From Octopus sinensis (lineage: Eukaryota): 64,000 nucleotides of DNA. This document shows, piece by piece, positions 13,322 to 26,460 of the stretch (positions are counted from its first letter, which is position 1; each line of letters begins with the position of its first letter). The position numbers and the translations under genes were made by a program. The stretch covers positions 79,918,001-79,982,000 of the forward strand of contig NC_042998.1 in NCBI RefSeq assembly GCF_006345805.1, given 5' to 3'. A model generated the notes under the pieces. That model was given only the letters and a program-made list of their open reading frames with translations, made no database searches and was not told the origin of the DNA.

Positions 13322-14239
13322 GTAACTCTTTTTCTTTTTTTTCCTTCCAAGTTTTCTCCTCCTACATATATCAATTAAAATACTAAAATTGGGAGATGAT
13401 GTATGACTAGATAGTTCATCATCCATCACTGAATGTCAGTCTTCTGGTTTGTAAGCTGCTGTCAAACCATCCAACCCATGCCTGCAAGGAAAATGGATGT
13501 TGAATGGTGATGATGATGACTTCCGTACTGGCATGGGTTGGATAGTTTGAATAGATGTAGCAGTTTTATGTAGGAAGTCACTATTAACAAGACTTCATAC
13601 TAAAAATTGTCATCTTGATATTGGTTTGAATTAGAGACAGATGCTGTAAATCACTGGTTGCCTTCCAGTGAACTGAATTTCTTGTCTTAAATCCTAGTTA
13701 TAGCCATTTTGCTTCACTGTATGTCACTGTTTTTGGGAACATCAAATTTCTTCTCTGATGACTTGTCCCAATCCCTTCTGATTTTCTGTTCTCACATTCT
13801 CTTCTGTTCAACTTATTTTACCTTGAAGATATGCTCCAACACTTTTTCACCACAATTTTTATCTCTCTTTTCAGCTTCACTCCAATTATTCCTCTCTTCC
13901 CTAATGTAATTCAGGGTTGCTATGTATCTCCTCTACCTCAAACGACCTGTTCTTGTCTCTTCTATCATACATCTAACATAAAGCTGCTTTCCTCTTTATG
14001 CTCCCATAGAGGCAAGTGGGGCTTTTAAGTCTTGTGAGTAACATGGCAAACTCAGTAGTGCTACACAAAAAGCACCCAGTTTACTCTGTTAAGTGATTGG
14101 CATTGGAAAGGCATCTAGCTTAGAAACTATCCTGGAACTGAGACAGTGGAGCAAGACATATTCCTTTGACTCATAGGATGCTGCTGAATTTTCCAACCCA
14201 TGCCAGAATAGGAAGCAGACACGAAGTGAGAATGGTATA

Positions 14240-15135
14240 ATAATTATTCTTACATCTGCTTTTTCATGTTAGCAAGGATTGGAAAGGTTCTCTCCAATAT
14301 AGTGCCTCACCATTTGTAGCAATCTTTTAGCAACTTATGAAATTCAACATAGTAGACGAGCTTTTATCACTTCTACCCATGTCTACCTTGGTTGTCTTAT
14401 TCAATAATTTCCTTCCACTTGGACCTCCTGGCATTTCCCTATCATTATCTTTCATTATCCATATGAACTAAGTTTGTACCAATGCAGTTGTTTTCTTTCT
14501 ACTCTACCTCTGATTCCTCTTACACTCAGTTTTTCTCTCAGCCCTTCTCTATCACATTGTCCATGATCAATAGCATTACACAACCTCTGCCCATGTCTTG
14601 TTAGCACACAGAATCACATTTTGTACAGAAGCAAAAATACAGTCTACTTTTTTGCTTGAAGAAAGAATTTCCTTGTTAATAAGTAGGGGTAATAGCTTCC
14701 TGAACCTTTTCCACCTTGTTTTAGTCTGGCTTCTGTACTTTTGGAGCACACTCGGAGCTGATTAGGTTGCCTAGGTAACAGAAGCTATCAACTACTTCTT
14801 GCAGACTTCTGAGCATTTAAAAGAATTTATTCTACTAATGCTCTGACTGTTAACCACTCCTGTACATCTGGCACATACCAAGTCTTTTTTTTTCACTCTT
14901 AACCTGCTTGTGATCCTAGTACACTTCTTGTGTACCTAATGTTCACACTAGGTATACCATATGGAGTTCTTGCCTATTTCCGTTCTGCATATCTAGCAGT
15001 CATTTCCCTGTTAGCAGCAGAATCCGGTCTTCTCCTACTTTAATAAAATTTTAGTTTTTGTCAAGTTTACCTCAAGCCTCTTGATCCTTAAGTTTGGTTT
15101 CTATGTTTGGAATTTCTTCTACAAGTCTTCTATGA
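14240..15135 (-). mobile_element. Old RTE-subfamily fragment (RT C-terminal half, PHD remnant, tail) in pelota intron 8
   Basis: Minus-strand translation gives C*ICRTEIGKNSI..CEH*VHKKC..LVCARC and VVDSFCYLG; many stops. Confidence 0.75.
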
Positions 15136-15506
15136 AGTATGCTATAAGGTCTTAATTCACTGGCATATAGAAGTTCCCACCTACGGCCAGTCTTTAACTC
15201 TTATGTTATGGTTTGGGAAAACTATAATAAATAAATGTGAAATGTTAACACTTATGCAAGTGTGTGCACATGCACAGAGAGTGGGAGAGAGAGAGTTTCT
15301 GCCACCAAATTCACTGGAAAGGCATTGTTCAACCTAGGACTGTACGTGAAACTATGTGGTTGTTAGATTTGTTGCTTGGCCTAGGGACATAACTATTGAT
15401 GGTAGAATAATAAGTGGGGAATTATCCTCCTTACTTATAGTGACTAAATGGTCAATTGGAGCAAAAACTATGAAAGCAGGGTAAATGGATTTTTTTTTTG
15501 TAACAG

Positions 15507-15627
15507 AAGTACTGCAAGATCCTTCCATGGCAAACCGGTTGGCAGATACCAAAGCTCTTGGAGAGGTGAAAGCATTGGATGATTTTTACAATATGTTAGT
15601 AAACGATCCAGATCGTGCTGTTTATGG
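15507..15627 (+). CDS. PELO: pelota exon 9 ([41 protein letters not shown])
   Basis: taacag acceptor, gtaagt donor; [17 protein letters not shown] motif. Confidence 0.97.
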
Positions 15628-15974
15628 GTAAGTAATTTCATGGAAAATCTCATAAACTCATAAAGCGTGTCTCATAAAGAAATGAGACACACTTTATGAC
15701 TTGGTAATAATTGTAAATGAGTTGGGATGCAGTGCAGATTTGTGCACTTGGCTGTAGTTCTTAACATTCTGAGTTCATATTCAACCAGAGCTGACTTTGC
15801 CTGTCATCTTTCTAGGTAAAGGAAATAAGTACATGTCAAAATTGAACCTGTATGTATATAAAGAAATACTTTTTTTCACTCTTTTCTTGGGCCCTGGGTT
15901 TCAAAGTCACTGGTTACCTGGTTTCTCCCCCGAATGAAACACTGATCTGTTGCAGAGTTTTTAGGGGAAGGGAC

Positions 15975-16786
15975 TAAGAGACCGAGACCTTTGGAAGCAT
16001 GCTGTGCATGAGAAGACCCGGCAGGACAAGTGAGGCCATAACCCGTGACCTCTACCTGGAATGTAGCCAGCCCACTTATGCATTCCTTTCCTTCTTGGGA
16101 CACAAAACTCTACTTGTGAAGACCTGTTGAGGCAAGTGAAAATCAAAATCGTAGTCGATCAACATCAATGGAATTTGTAGCTGTGATACCAGTGCTGGTG
16201 GCACGTAAGAGAACCATCCGAACGTGGGCGTAGCCAGCACCGCCCTGACTGGCCTCCGTGCCGGTAGCACGTAAAAAGCACCATCCAATCGTGGCCGTTG
16301 CCAGCCTCGTCTGGTATCCGTGCCGGTGGCACGTGAAAAGCACCCACTACACTCACGGAGTGGTTGGCGTTAGGAAGGGCATCCAGCTGTAGAAACACTG
16401 CCAGATCAGACTGGGCCTGGTGCAGCCTTCTGCCTTCCCAGACCCCAGTTGAACTGTCCAACCCATGCTAGCATGGAAAGCAGACATTAAACGATGATGA
16501 TATATATATATATATTCGTATACAGCATCGCCTGGCCCCGTGCCGGTGACACGTAAAAGCACCATCCGTTCGTGGCCGTTTGCCAGCTCTGTCTGGCACC
16601 TGTGCAGGTGGCACATAAAAAACACCCACTACACTCGCGGAGTGGTTAGCGTTAGGAAGGGCATCCAGCCGTAGAAACACTGCCAGATCTGACTGGGCCT
16701 GACGAAGCCTTCCAGCTTCACAGACCCCAGTTGACCCGTCCAACCCATGCTAGCATGGAAAGCGGACGCTAAATGATGATGATGAT
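15975..16786 (+). mobile_element. Two tandem 5'-truncated RTE 3' ends
   Basis: Starts with the ORF end (agaccgagacctttggaa...aggacaagtga), as at 42220-42274; tail repeated at ~16525-16786; CpGs retained. Confidence 0.9.
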
Positions 16787-17630
16787 ACAAGTAACAATTT
16801 CCACCCAATAGCGAAATGCGCTGATTTTGAAAGTACTTGGTTAGTTGTGGCCTGGACATTGTATGAACAACTGTGATTACTTTCAAGTACCACTGTTTGG
16901 ATTTTCCGTTTTCATCATGAAGACTTGTGGTTTAAACAGCATTAATGATTATCACTATGTGCTGAAACATTATTCTGGTTTTATAACCAGCATGAAGATT
17001 TCGTTGATTTGCCAGCACTCACAACCCTTGTAAATATATCTGAAAAAAATGTTATTTTGGTTATTATAACATATTCAGAAACTTGACAATGTAGAAGGCT
17101 TTAGCAGCTCTTTCAATATAAATACAGAAATGTTATTCCAGTCCTTATAACCAGTTTGAAGATAGTGCTTCTTTAACAGTCCTAGCATCCTTATCATATT
17201 CCTGCTATGCAGCTTAAACAGTGTTTGTATTCAACGCCATGCAACTTTTTTGCTGTGTTAGTCAGTATTTATTCTACAGCATATAACCTTACACAGTTAA
17301 AATATATAGTAAGAGATGTCAAATTAATTTATGTCTTATTGTATACTTTCTCCTGCAAATGTTTAAAATTAATTAGCACTCACAACAGCAACATATTCCT
17401 TTGTACACACTTTGTTCAGCATTCTTTTAAAATTTGTAAAATAATACATTTTCTTTTTGTATGAAAGAATGAATTATGCCTTCTGAACTTTCTTGGGGCT
17501 TGACTTTCTTCACTGTGACATTCAATCCTGAATTTTACAACATTTAGTGCATGTTATAAATAAATGTTGAATTTCTGTACTTTGTTACATTGGTGACCCA
17601 TAGTAATCTTTTGCTAAACATTCATACAAT

Positions 17631-17666
<36 letters not shown>

Positions 17667-18519
17667 CACACACACTTATGCATGCTCACATGCACATGTG
17701 GAAACAGATAAAGGTTGGCAACAGGAAGAGCATCTGGCCATAGAAAATCTGCATCAACAAATTCTGCCTGGGAAAGTGGATATTAAAACGATTATTTATG
17801 TTTATATTATCATTATTATCATCGTTTAACATTACAGATGAATCAAAGTTACTGCCCCTATTTGCTCTGTTGTAAAGATCTTTATTCCTATCTGCAGAAA
17901 CAGATGAGGAAACTAGTTCAGTAACATTCATCCTGGGGACACTATAGCATAATGACAAGCTGGGGGAGCTTCTATATAGTCGCTCAGTCTGCTAGCAATA
18001 GCAACAAAATTCTTTCTAATCACATCCTGCTGTCTTAAATTAAGAGCACTGAACAATTTTAATTAACCTGTCCGGTAATCTCTCCTACCCCTAAAAAATG
18101 GCATGGTCACAATTGGAACACTTGATCATCCGTCTACTCAATCAAAATTGACCTGGAAATTAGATTAGTGAAAGAAAAAGAGTGAAAATTACATAAAATA
18201 TGCTAATTTTCCACAGCTTCTCGTATTACTCTAATGTTACTCATTGCTCTCTTTACCTCTACATGGGCAACTGCGGTGAAGTCTTTGCTCTAGTGTGATC
18301 TGATAGTTAGAGTTGTCTCCCATACTTCCTGAAATAATTCAAGTATTACTGTTAAGCATATTTCTCCTCTCCTTTCTTTACTGGTTTTGGTCATTGGACT
18401 GCGGCCATACTGGGGCACAACCTTGAAGAATTTTATGGGTCAAATTTTTGATTTATTGTTAGTGTTGCTTAATATGTTTTGCTAAAATGGCTGTTTCTTT
18501 TTGGATATCATCAGAAAAA

Positions 18520-19587
18520 GGTATCAGACTTTCAAAGAGATCAAATTGTTGGTGCTTGTATGGCAGGCGCTAGCGTAATGAAAATAGCCGAAATGTTTGG
18601 TATATCAAGAAGCACTGTCTCGAAAGTAATGACAGCCTTTGAGAAAAAGGGAAAAACCTCCTCGTTGAAACAAAACTCTGGAAGAAGACCAAAGCTTTCA
18701 GATAGGGACTGTCGGACTCTTATGTGAATTGTTAGAAAGGATCACAAAAGTACAGCTCCTAAAATTACTGCAGAGCTGAATGACCACCTTAAGAACCTAG
18801 TTTCCACGAAAACTGTTTGCCAGGAGCTGCACAAAGCCAGATTTCACAAGAAGTCTGCAATCTGAAAACCACGACTTTCAAAAACAAACATTGCAAAGCG
18901 TTTAGAGTGGAGTAAAAACCTACAGAATTGATCTCTAGAGCAGTGGAAGAATGTTATTTTCTCGGATGAGTAATCCTTTACCTTATTTCCGACCACTGGA
19001 GACAGCCAAAAGAAGCATTTGACCCAGACTGCTTTCTTCCATCTGTTAAACATGGAGGAGGATCTGTGATGATGGGGAAGGGGGGGGGGCTATATCTTGG
19101 AAATCTGCTGGCCCAGTGGTTTCCCTTCATGGAAGAATTAATAGTGAAGACTATTTAAGCATTTTATCTGATCAAATTCACCCTATGGTTGTGGAACTGT
19201 TTCTGAATGGAAACTCAATCTTTCAAGATGATAATGCACCAATTCACACTGCTAGATTTGTTACTGAATGACATGAGGAACATTCTAGTGAAGTTGAACA
19301 TCTTATCTGTCCATCACAGTCCCCAGATCTCAATATTATTGAACATTTATGGTGCATTTTAGAAAAACAAGTGAGGGGTTGATATCCTCCACCATCATCA
19401 CTACAAGAACTGGAGACTGTTTTAGCTGAAGAATGGACAAAAATTCCTTTGGAAACAAGTCAAACTTTGTACAAGTCCATAGCTCGTAGAATTCAAGCTG
19501 TAATTACTGCTAAGGGAGGTCCTACCCCATATTAAAATAAATTTGTTTGAAATTTTAAGGTGTTTCCATTATTTTGTCCAACTCCTG
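18520..19587 (+). mobile_element. Tc1-family (DD34E-type) transposon relic, 5' TIR missing
   Basis: HTH region, GRRPK, W.NVIFSDE, KHGGGSVM, FQDDNAPIH, SPDLNIIEHLW, KGGPTPY*; several stops; 3' TIR ...ttttgtccaactcctg followed by TA. Confidence 0.92.
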
Positions 19588-19664
19588 TATATATATATAT
19601 ATATATATACACATACACATACACACATACACACACACACACATATACATATACGCACACATAG

Positions 19665-20267
19665 ATGTGGCAGGGTGGTAAGAAGCTTGTTTCCCAACCA
19701 TATGGCTCTGGATTCAATCCCACTGCATGGCACCTTGGGCAAGTGTCTTCTACTATATATTTCTTTACTGCCCAGAAGGGGCTAAACATAGAGGGGACAA
19801 ACAAGGACAGACGAAGGGATTGAGTCGATTATATCGCCTCCAGTGCGAAACTGGTACTTTATTTATCGACCCCGAAAGGATGAAAGGCAAAGTTGACCTC
19901 GGCAGAATTTGAACGTAACGACAGACGAAATACCACTAAGCATTTTGCCCGGCGCGCTAATTTGTCTACTATAGCCTCGGGCCAACCAAAGCTTTGTGAG
20001 TGGACTTGGTAGATGGAAACTGAAAGAAGCCTGTCATAGATATATATATATATATGTATGTATGTATTTGTGTGTCAGTGTTTGTCCTCCCCTACTGTTG
20101 CTTGACAACCAATGTTGGTGTGTTTATGTCCCCACAACTTAGCATTATTGGCATGGGATAAGTACCAAGCTTAAAAAGAGTACTGGGAGTTGATTCATTT
20201 GACTAATAATTCTTCAGGGTGGTGCCTCATCCTGGTTGCAGTCTAATGACTGAAACAAGTAAAAGAT

Positions 20268-20270
<3 letters not shown>
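19665..20270 (+). mobile_element. CORE-type SINE with a nested inverted second-family SINE (~19760-19960)
   Basis: The head breaks at aagtgtcttctactata and resumes at tctactatagcctcggg; the insert is the reverse complement of 58325-58530. Confidence 0.8.
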
Positions 20271-20304
<34 letters not shown>

Positions 20305-20921
20305 GTGTGTGTGAATGTGTCAAACTTCCAGAGTTTCCACCAGTCAAATTTGCTCACAAGGCATTGATTGGCCCAGGGCTAGAATGTGTGATCAAAGAGG
20401 TTGGTGTTGGCAAGAAATATTAATTAATAAAATTGATAAAAAGAGTACAGTAAACACTTTTATCAATTTTACTAATTAATATAAGACCTGTTGATGTAGA
20501 CCTACCACAGCCTCTTTGGAGTCTGTTTGGTCATATAGTAGAAGACACTTACTCAAGGTGCCATACAGTGGAATTGAACCTGAAATGACGTGGTTGCAAA
20601 GTGAGATTTTTAACCACATGGCCACACTGAAACCTTTACATTAATGTTTATAATTAGTTTCTTTTTTTTTTATACTCTGTATTGCTTAACTATATTTCTT
20701 ATACTAACTTGACATAAAGTGTATAAGATATAGATATTTCTATCTTTTATCCATCTCCTCTGTACATCATCAATGTAATAGTCATGTTTCTATAGTTATT
20801 TCCTCAATGTCATCTGTCTTCCTGGTAGCATTTCATGATTTATTATTTCTACTGTTTGACATGTAGCTGTAATAACTCTATCACATACAGCAACATTATT
20901 TTTATCTATTTCTTTTTTCAG

Positions 20922-20993
20922 TATAAAGCCTGTTGAAAAGGCATCCGATCTCTTAGCCATAGAAACTCTAATGGTTTCAGATGAGTTGTTCAG
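20922..20993 (+). CDS. PELO: pelota exon 10 (IKPVEKASDLLAIETLMVSDELFR)
   Basis: tttttcag acceptor, gtaaga donor; AIxTLxxSDELFR motif. Confidence 0.96.
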
Positions 20994-22879
20994 GTAAGAT
21001 CATTTTCTATTTTGCTGGTTATAAACCTAATTTTATTTTTGTCTTTTTAGTTACAAAACTGTGCTATTCATATCTAGAAAGCACCTGCTTCTCTCCATTA
21101 ATCAAACTTTAGCCTCTCATTACTTGGCATAAAATCACCTCTCTGAATACTGCTCCCTCCTCAGGTGAAAGGTATTGTTTTACAAGTTATTTGGTGACCT
21201 CACTAATGTTGGTGCCACATAAGAAGTATCTAGTATATGCTGTAAAGTGGTAGGTATTATGAAGGGCATCCAGTTGTAGGAGCCATACCAAATTAGACAT
21301 TGGAGTTTGGTGCAGTCCTTTTGGTCACCAGTTCCTGTTGAACTCGTGCCTATGTGGAAAATTGACCTTAAATGATGATAGTGGGTGTTTTTTTTTTATC
21401 TACAATGTCAAGTCCAATGTAAACTTCTTGTGATTCAGTTAGTTATGACTCCAGAATGTGTGAAACTGATACAAGTTGTAATCTAACATGTCTTCTCACA
21501 AATAATGCATTTAAGTATAGGTTCAGGAAAGGTTGTGTGATTAAGAAGCTTGCATGTCCCAGTAACTTAACATTTCAGCTAAAGAGACCTATAGAGCAAG
21601 TATCAGACTTCAAAAAAAAGTAGCAAGTACTGGGTTTGATTTGCTCAGTTTAAATGCTTCAAAGCAGTACTCCAGCATGGCCACAGCCCAATCACTGAAA
21701 CAAGTAAAGAAACTAAACATTGGAGCAGATATGGCTGTGTGTTTAAGAAGTTCACTTTGCAACCATGATTTTGGGCTCAGTCTTACTTTATGTCCGGATG
21801 AGTGTCTTCCGCTGTAGCTCTTGACTGATCAATATATATCAGCAGAAATAAACAGACATTAGAAATGATAATGTTAATTTTGACCAGTGTCATTGCAGGG
21901 GTTGTATTCATAACTCAAAGGGCTGGAATAGACACTATGGGACATCTTTCCCAACACTCAAACAGTTAGCCAATCCACCACACTCGATGGATGATTTTTT
22001 TTTATTGACATGGGATAGCCATATGTCTTCTCTATAGCAAAACACCTGCTCCTCTCCAGCTGTCATACTCTTGCTTCACAGCATCTGGCACAAAGTCACT
22101 GCCCCAAATACTACAGCCTCACTCATTTGAGGGGATCTTGTCCTGTGAGTTACTTGGTGACCTCACTACTGTCAGTATCATGAAAGAAAGGCAACCAGTA
22201 CACCCTGTGAAGTGGTTGGCATTAGGAAAAGTATGCAGCCGTGGAAACTTTGCCAAAGCAGACATTGGAGCTCAACGCAAATCTCAGTCTTGTTGGTTTC
22301 TGTCAAACCATCCATCCTGTGCCAGTATGGAACAAGGACATTAAATGATGAAAAGCAAAGTTTGCTTTGGTAGGATTTAAACTCAGAATGTAGAGTCTCA
22401 GAACATTACTGTGGGACATTTTATTCTGTGCTCTAATAACTGGCAATTTGTTGTCAAAAACAGTAGGAATACTGTATAATAATTAACTGAGACCAAAATG
22501 TGATTTTACAAAAAAATACCTTATGTTCAGATTATATACCCCCCCAAAAAATAATGATCAAACAATCTATGAAATAGGTAAAATAAGATGTGTGTGGTGT
22601 GAAGGGAGGAATTTTGATATAAGTAGGGTACATTTTGGAAAAAATGTGAAATGTGTACTAGAAACTGCAAAAGAAGTTCATAAAACTCACCTTTACTTGT
22701 GCTTTACATTGTTCTTTGTAATTGACCTGTATTCTTTAAGCTTCATTTTTGGTTTAAAATCTTTACCAGGAGCAAAATATCCTAACTTAAAAATGTTCAT
22801 TCCTATAACTGTTACAGAGTCAAAATATAGGAAATAAAATTTTAAGTTGTATTAAGATTGTCTCCCTTCCTTCCTTTAG

Positions 22880-22986
22880 ATCCAGGGATATTCCAAAGCG
22901 ACAGCGCTATGTTGCTTTGGTGGATAAAGTAAAAGAAAATGGAGCAGAGGTTAAGATCTTTTCTAGTCTACACGTCTCAGGAGAAC
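22880..22986 (+). CDS. PELO: pelota exon 11 (SRDIPKRQRYVALVDKVKENGAEVKIFSSLHVSGE)
   Basis: cctttag acceptor, gtaagt donor; IFSSLHVSGE motif. Confidence 0.97.
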
Positions 22987-23004
22987 GTAAGTGTTGCTTT
23001 AAAG

Positions 23005-23460
23005 CTTTTATATTCTCTCTCCACACTTTTGCCCTTGATATCAACAAAGTTTTTGACGGCCTGGTACACAAACCTGGCAAACTTGCTCATCTGTGTGATC
23101 CCTCTGTCTTGCTTTTGGATTAATGGTTTCTTGTTTAGATCACACCATTATTGTGATTACTTATGAAGCTCCCTCTGATTCATACCCTAACAATCCTGGT
23201 GCCTCCTAGAGCTCAGTTATGTGCCTACGCTCTTTCTCTTTCATACATATCAGTGACCTATTTGCTGTCATTTCAAAAGACACATTTTTATGCTGATAAT
23301 CCCTTCATTCCTCTCCATCTGCAGCTTAGTGCCATCCACATGCAACCTAGACACCCTTACACCTAATCTACCCTAACTCCATGATCACAGAGACCTCAAC
23401 ATCATCATTCAATGGGATTATGTCAGTCTTGTCACTTTGAACACTTGCAAAGACACAATT
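23005..23460 (+). mobile_element. Degenerate Jockey/CR1-group RT fragment
   Basis: ALDINKVFD, remnant of the GVP.GS.L.P.LF motif, FYAD; a related relic lies near 3900-3990. Confidence 0.55.
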
Positions 23461-25367
23461 ACTGCACATATCAAGAAAACACCATTGATTCCGCCACTGA
23501 TCCCAACAAGGACAGCGCATAACTACAGCCTTTGTGATTGCCACCAATGCTGGACTTTATCATCACATAAAATGCACTCATGCAAATGCACTTGTACTAG
23601 TGCCACATAACTGTACCCATGCCGATAACATGTACAAAGTATGCAGCACACTCTGTAAAGTGGTTGGCATTAGGAAGGGTATCCAGCCATAGAAACCATG
23701 CCCAAACAGACAAATGGAGCCTGGACAGCTATCTTGGCTGGCCAACTCCTATCAAAGCGTCCGACCCATGCCAGCATGGAAAATGGATGTTAAATGAGAT
23801 GATGGTGAGGAAGTCTTCCAACAGAAACACATCCTTGGTAGAGCCAAAGATTGCATCACAAAGATTAACCTCCTTCTTTAGAGCTAGAAAATGCTTCAGC
23901 TCCCAACAATAACTCTTTACAAAAATTGGTTATACCCACCCACCATGGGATACCTCCCCACATTTGGGACAGTGTTGCTACAACAAGAAACAGACATCCA
24001 AGGCTGCACTCCAAGAAAGGCCATTTCACTGATTGGTTTGAAGTTGCTGCCAAACAGTATATATTCTCAAACCTCTGGGCCATAGATATGCTGTGTCTTG
24101 TTTTTTCCTTATCTACTTCAGTGGCCTCACTTCTCAGAACTGCCTGCTCTTGTACTGCCTCTACTGAAGCACTCTGAACTCATTTTTTCACTTGTCACCC
24201 ATATGTTCCTATCACCATTACTACCACACATTGTCCAGTTGTACTTTCTTAGGAAGTCAGCCTTCTAGATTTTCACCCTCCTGCAACTGCTCACCTGAGA
24301 CTGTAACCATGACTGCCTCATGGATATTGAAAGATTTGTAGAGGCCATGAGCATGACCTTTCCTTCATATAAAACTAATGATAAAAAAGTATGTACAAAA
24401 CAGAGAAAGAGTTCTCAATAGATTTGGTAGATTTGTGTCTCTGTAGGTATTTGTGTGTGTATATATATATATATATATACAAGCATTTGGATTTACAAAT
24501 GAGAGAAATGCATTTAATAGAACTGATTCAGTTATTCAAACCATAACCCAGTGAAACCATGCAGTCCTCAGGCCCTTCGAATCCTGTCAAACCATCAAAC
24601 CCATAGTAGCATGGGACATGGAAGTTATATGACGATGGTGGTGGTAGTAATAGTAGTGGTATGTGTGTGTGTGTGTGTATGTATCTGGGTGTGTATGGTT
24701 ATAAAGTTTGCTTTCCAGCCACGTTTTGGGTACCATCCCATTGCACAACACCTTGGGTTGACCAAAATCTAATAAGTAGATTTGGAAGATGGAAACTGAA
24801 AGAAATTCATATATGCATCTGTGTGTGTCTATGTTTGTGTTTCCATGTCTTGACATGACATAATAGCTATAAAGGAGTGTCACCATCATACAAGCAGTGT
24901 CATTCATTTCCAATCTTCTGTGAAAGTATGCCTAACTTGGGCAGGAAGGTTCATCTGGGTGTAGAAAACCTGCCTTGATAAACTCCATCTGGCATGTTCA
25001 AGTGTAGACAAGTGGACAGAAAAACGATGGTAAACTTGTTAAAAAAAAATCAATGTTTGTGCAATGTCCTTGTTGGTATTTCCCAGTCTATAAAATTTTC
25101 TTTCATTCCATGCCTCTGAAGCTTGGAACAAGAGATTCCTTACATGAAAAACAAGGGTTAGTGACCAGAATATCTAGCTGTAAAACGATGCCTAAATATC
25201 ATAGAAAAAAACAAAAGTAAAACAAATGAAGGCACATACAAACCTAAATTTTCATATGTGTGTGTGTGTGTGTACACCCACACACATGTATACACACAAA
25301 CTTATATTTATATATACACATATGCACATGTATTTTTGTAATAATGCAGTTCTATTTTTTCTTGTAG

Positions 25368-25459
25368 AGCTTGGCCAACTCACCGGTGTAGCTGCCCTCT
25401 TGCGCTACCCCATACCTGAAGAAGATGAGGTTGATGGGGTATCGGACAGTGAAGATTGA
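25368..25459 (+). CDS. PELO: pelota terminal coding exon 12 (QLGQLTGVAALLRYPIPEEDEVDGVSDSED*)
   Basis: cttgtag acceptor; QLxQLTGVAAxLRxP plus acidic tail; TGA. The exons sum to 1152 nt = 383 aa + stop. Confidence 0.97.
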
Positions 25460-25970
25460 TGGCAGTCAGCTTATACCAAACAGTGCTTCATTATTGCGAA
25501 TCAGTGGCTGGGATTTGTTTCCATATTGTATGGATCTTCAAATGTCATTGTTAACATTGGACTAAATGCAATGTAAATTCCCTGTATTTTTCCTCAATAA
25601 TGTTATTGTTCTTTCATTGTTGTGAACTTGTTCTTTTTTTCTACTGCTCCAGTTCAGGGTCAGCTTTTATGAAAACATCATAGGAGGTAATTTTGTCAAG
25701 TAGTTCTTTCAGGAAAGTATATTGAACATGTTCCTAATTTTAAACAAGTCACAGGCATTGCTATGTGGTTAGAAGTTTGCATGGTTCCGAGTTTAGTCCC
25801 ACTGAATGGCAAGTGTCTTTTACTTTAGCCCATGCTGACCAAAGCCTTGTGAGAGGATTTGGTAGGGAGAAACCAAAAGAAGCCCTTTGTTTTGTGTGTG
25901 TGTTACTGGCTCCTTTCCTAACATCATGTGATAGTTGTGTCACTGACATACAAGCAGTGTCATTCATTTT

Positions 25971-26313
25971 CAACCTAACGCCGCTGCTGTGGTGATCTCA
26001 TTCTTGCTCACAACATCATAAGCGGAAAGTGTAACCTCTCGAAAGAGCTGTTCTTCACTCCTGCTCCAGAGCGTCGGCTGTGGGGTCACTCCGAAAAGCT
26101 CTATCTGCGACGATTTCATCTCAATCGAAGGAGAGGGGCTTTCTCTGTCCGGGTTGCGGATCCGTGGAATAAGCTGCCGGATGAGATAGTGAAGATGCCG
26201 ACGACCGCTTGGTTCAAGGTCTCTTGACCAGAAATGGCCTGAACTCTTTGCACGAACACCACCCTGTACATAACTCCACGGCCTTGCTTTTTGCTTTTTG
26301 AGCCAAAAAATTA
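25971..26313 (+). mobile_element. CR1-clade LINE 3' end nested in a SINE
   Basis: Translates to GDLILAHNII...GHSEKLYLRRFHLNRRRGAFSVRVADPWNKLP, a typical CR1 C-terminus; GC/CpG-rich; interrupts a SINE (25752-26445). Confidence 0.82.
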
Positions 26314-26460
26314 ACTTATGTCTGATTACTTGGAAACAGGTGAGAGTTGGTGACAGGAAGGACATCTAACTATAGAAAATTTGCCTCCATAAACTTCATC
26401 TGATCCATGCAAGTATGGAATAGTGGATATTAAAATGATGATACACACACTTGCACAAAA

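Noticed and set aside
15876-16886. Stack of minus-strand ORFs containing LDALPNANHS
   Set aside because: Antisense translation of the RTE 3'UTR; recurs at every copy (42286-43064, 46053, 51114)
18479-18727. Possible domesticated Tc1 HTH protein
   Set aside because: Multiple stops, an internal deletion and a missing 5' end are consistent with neutral decay
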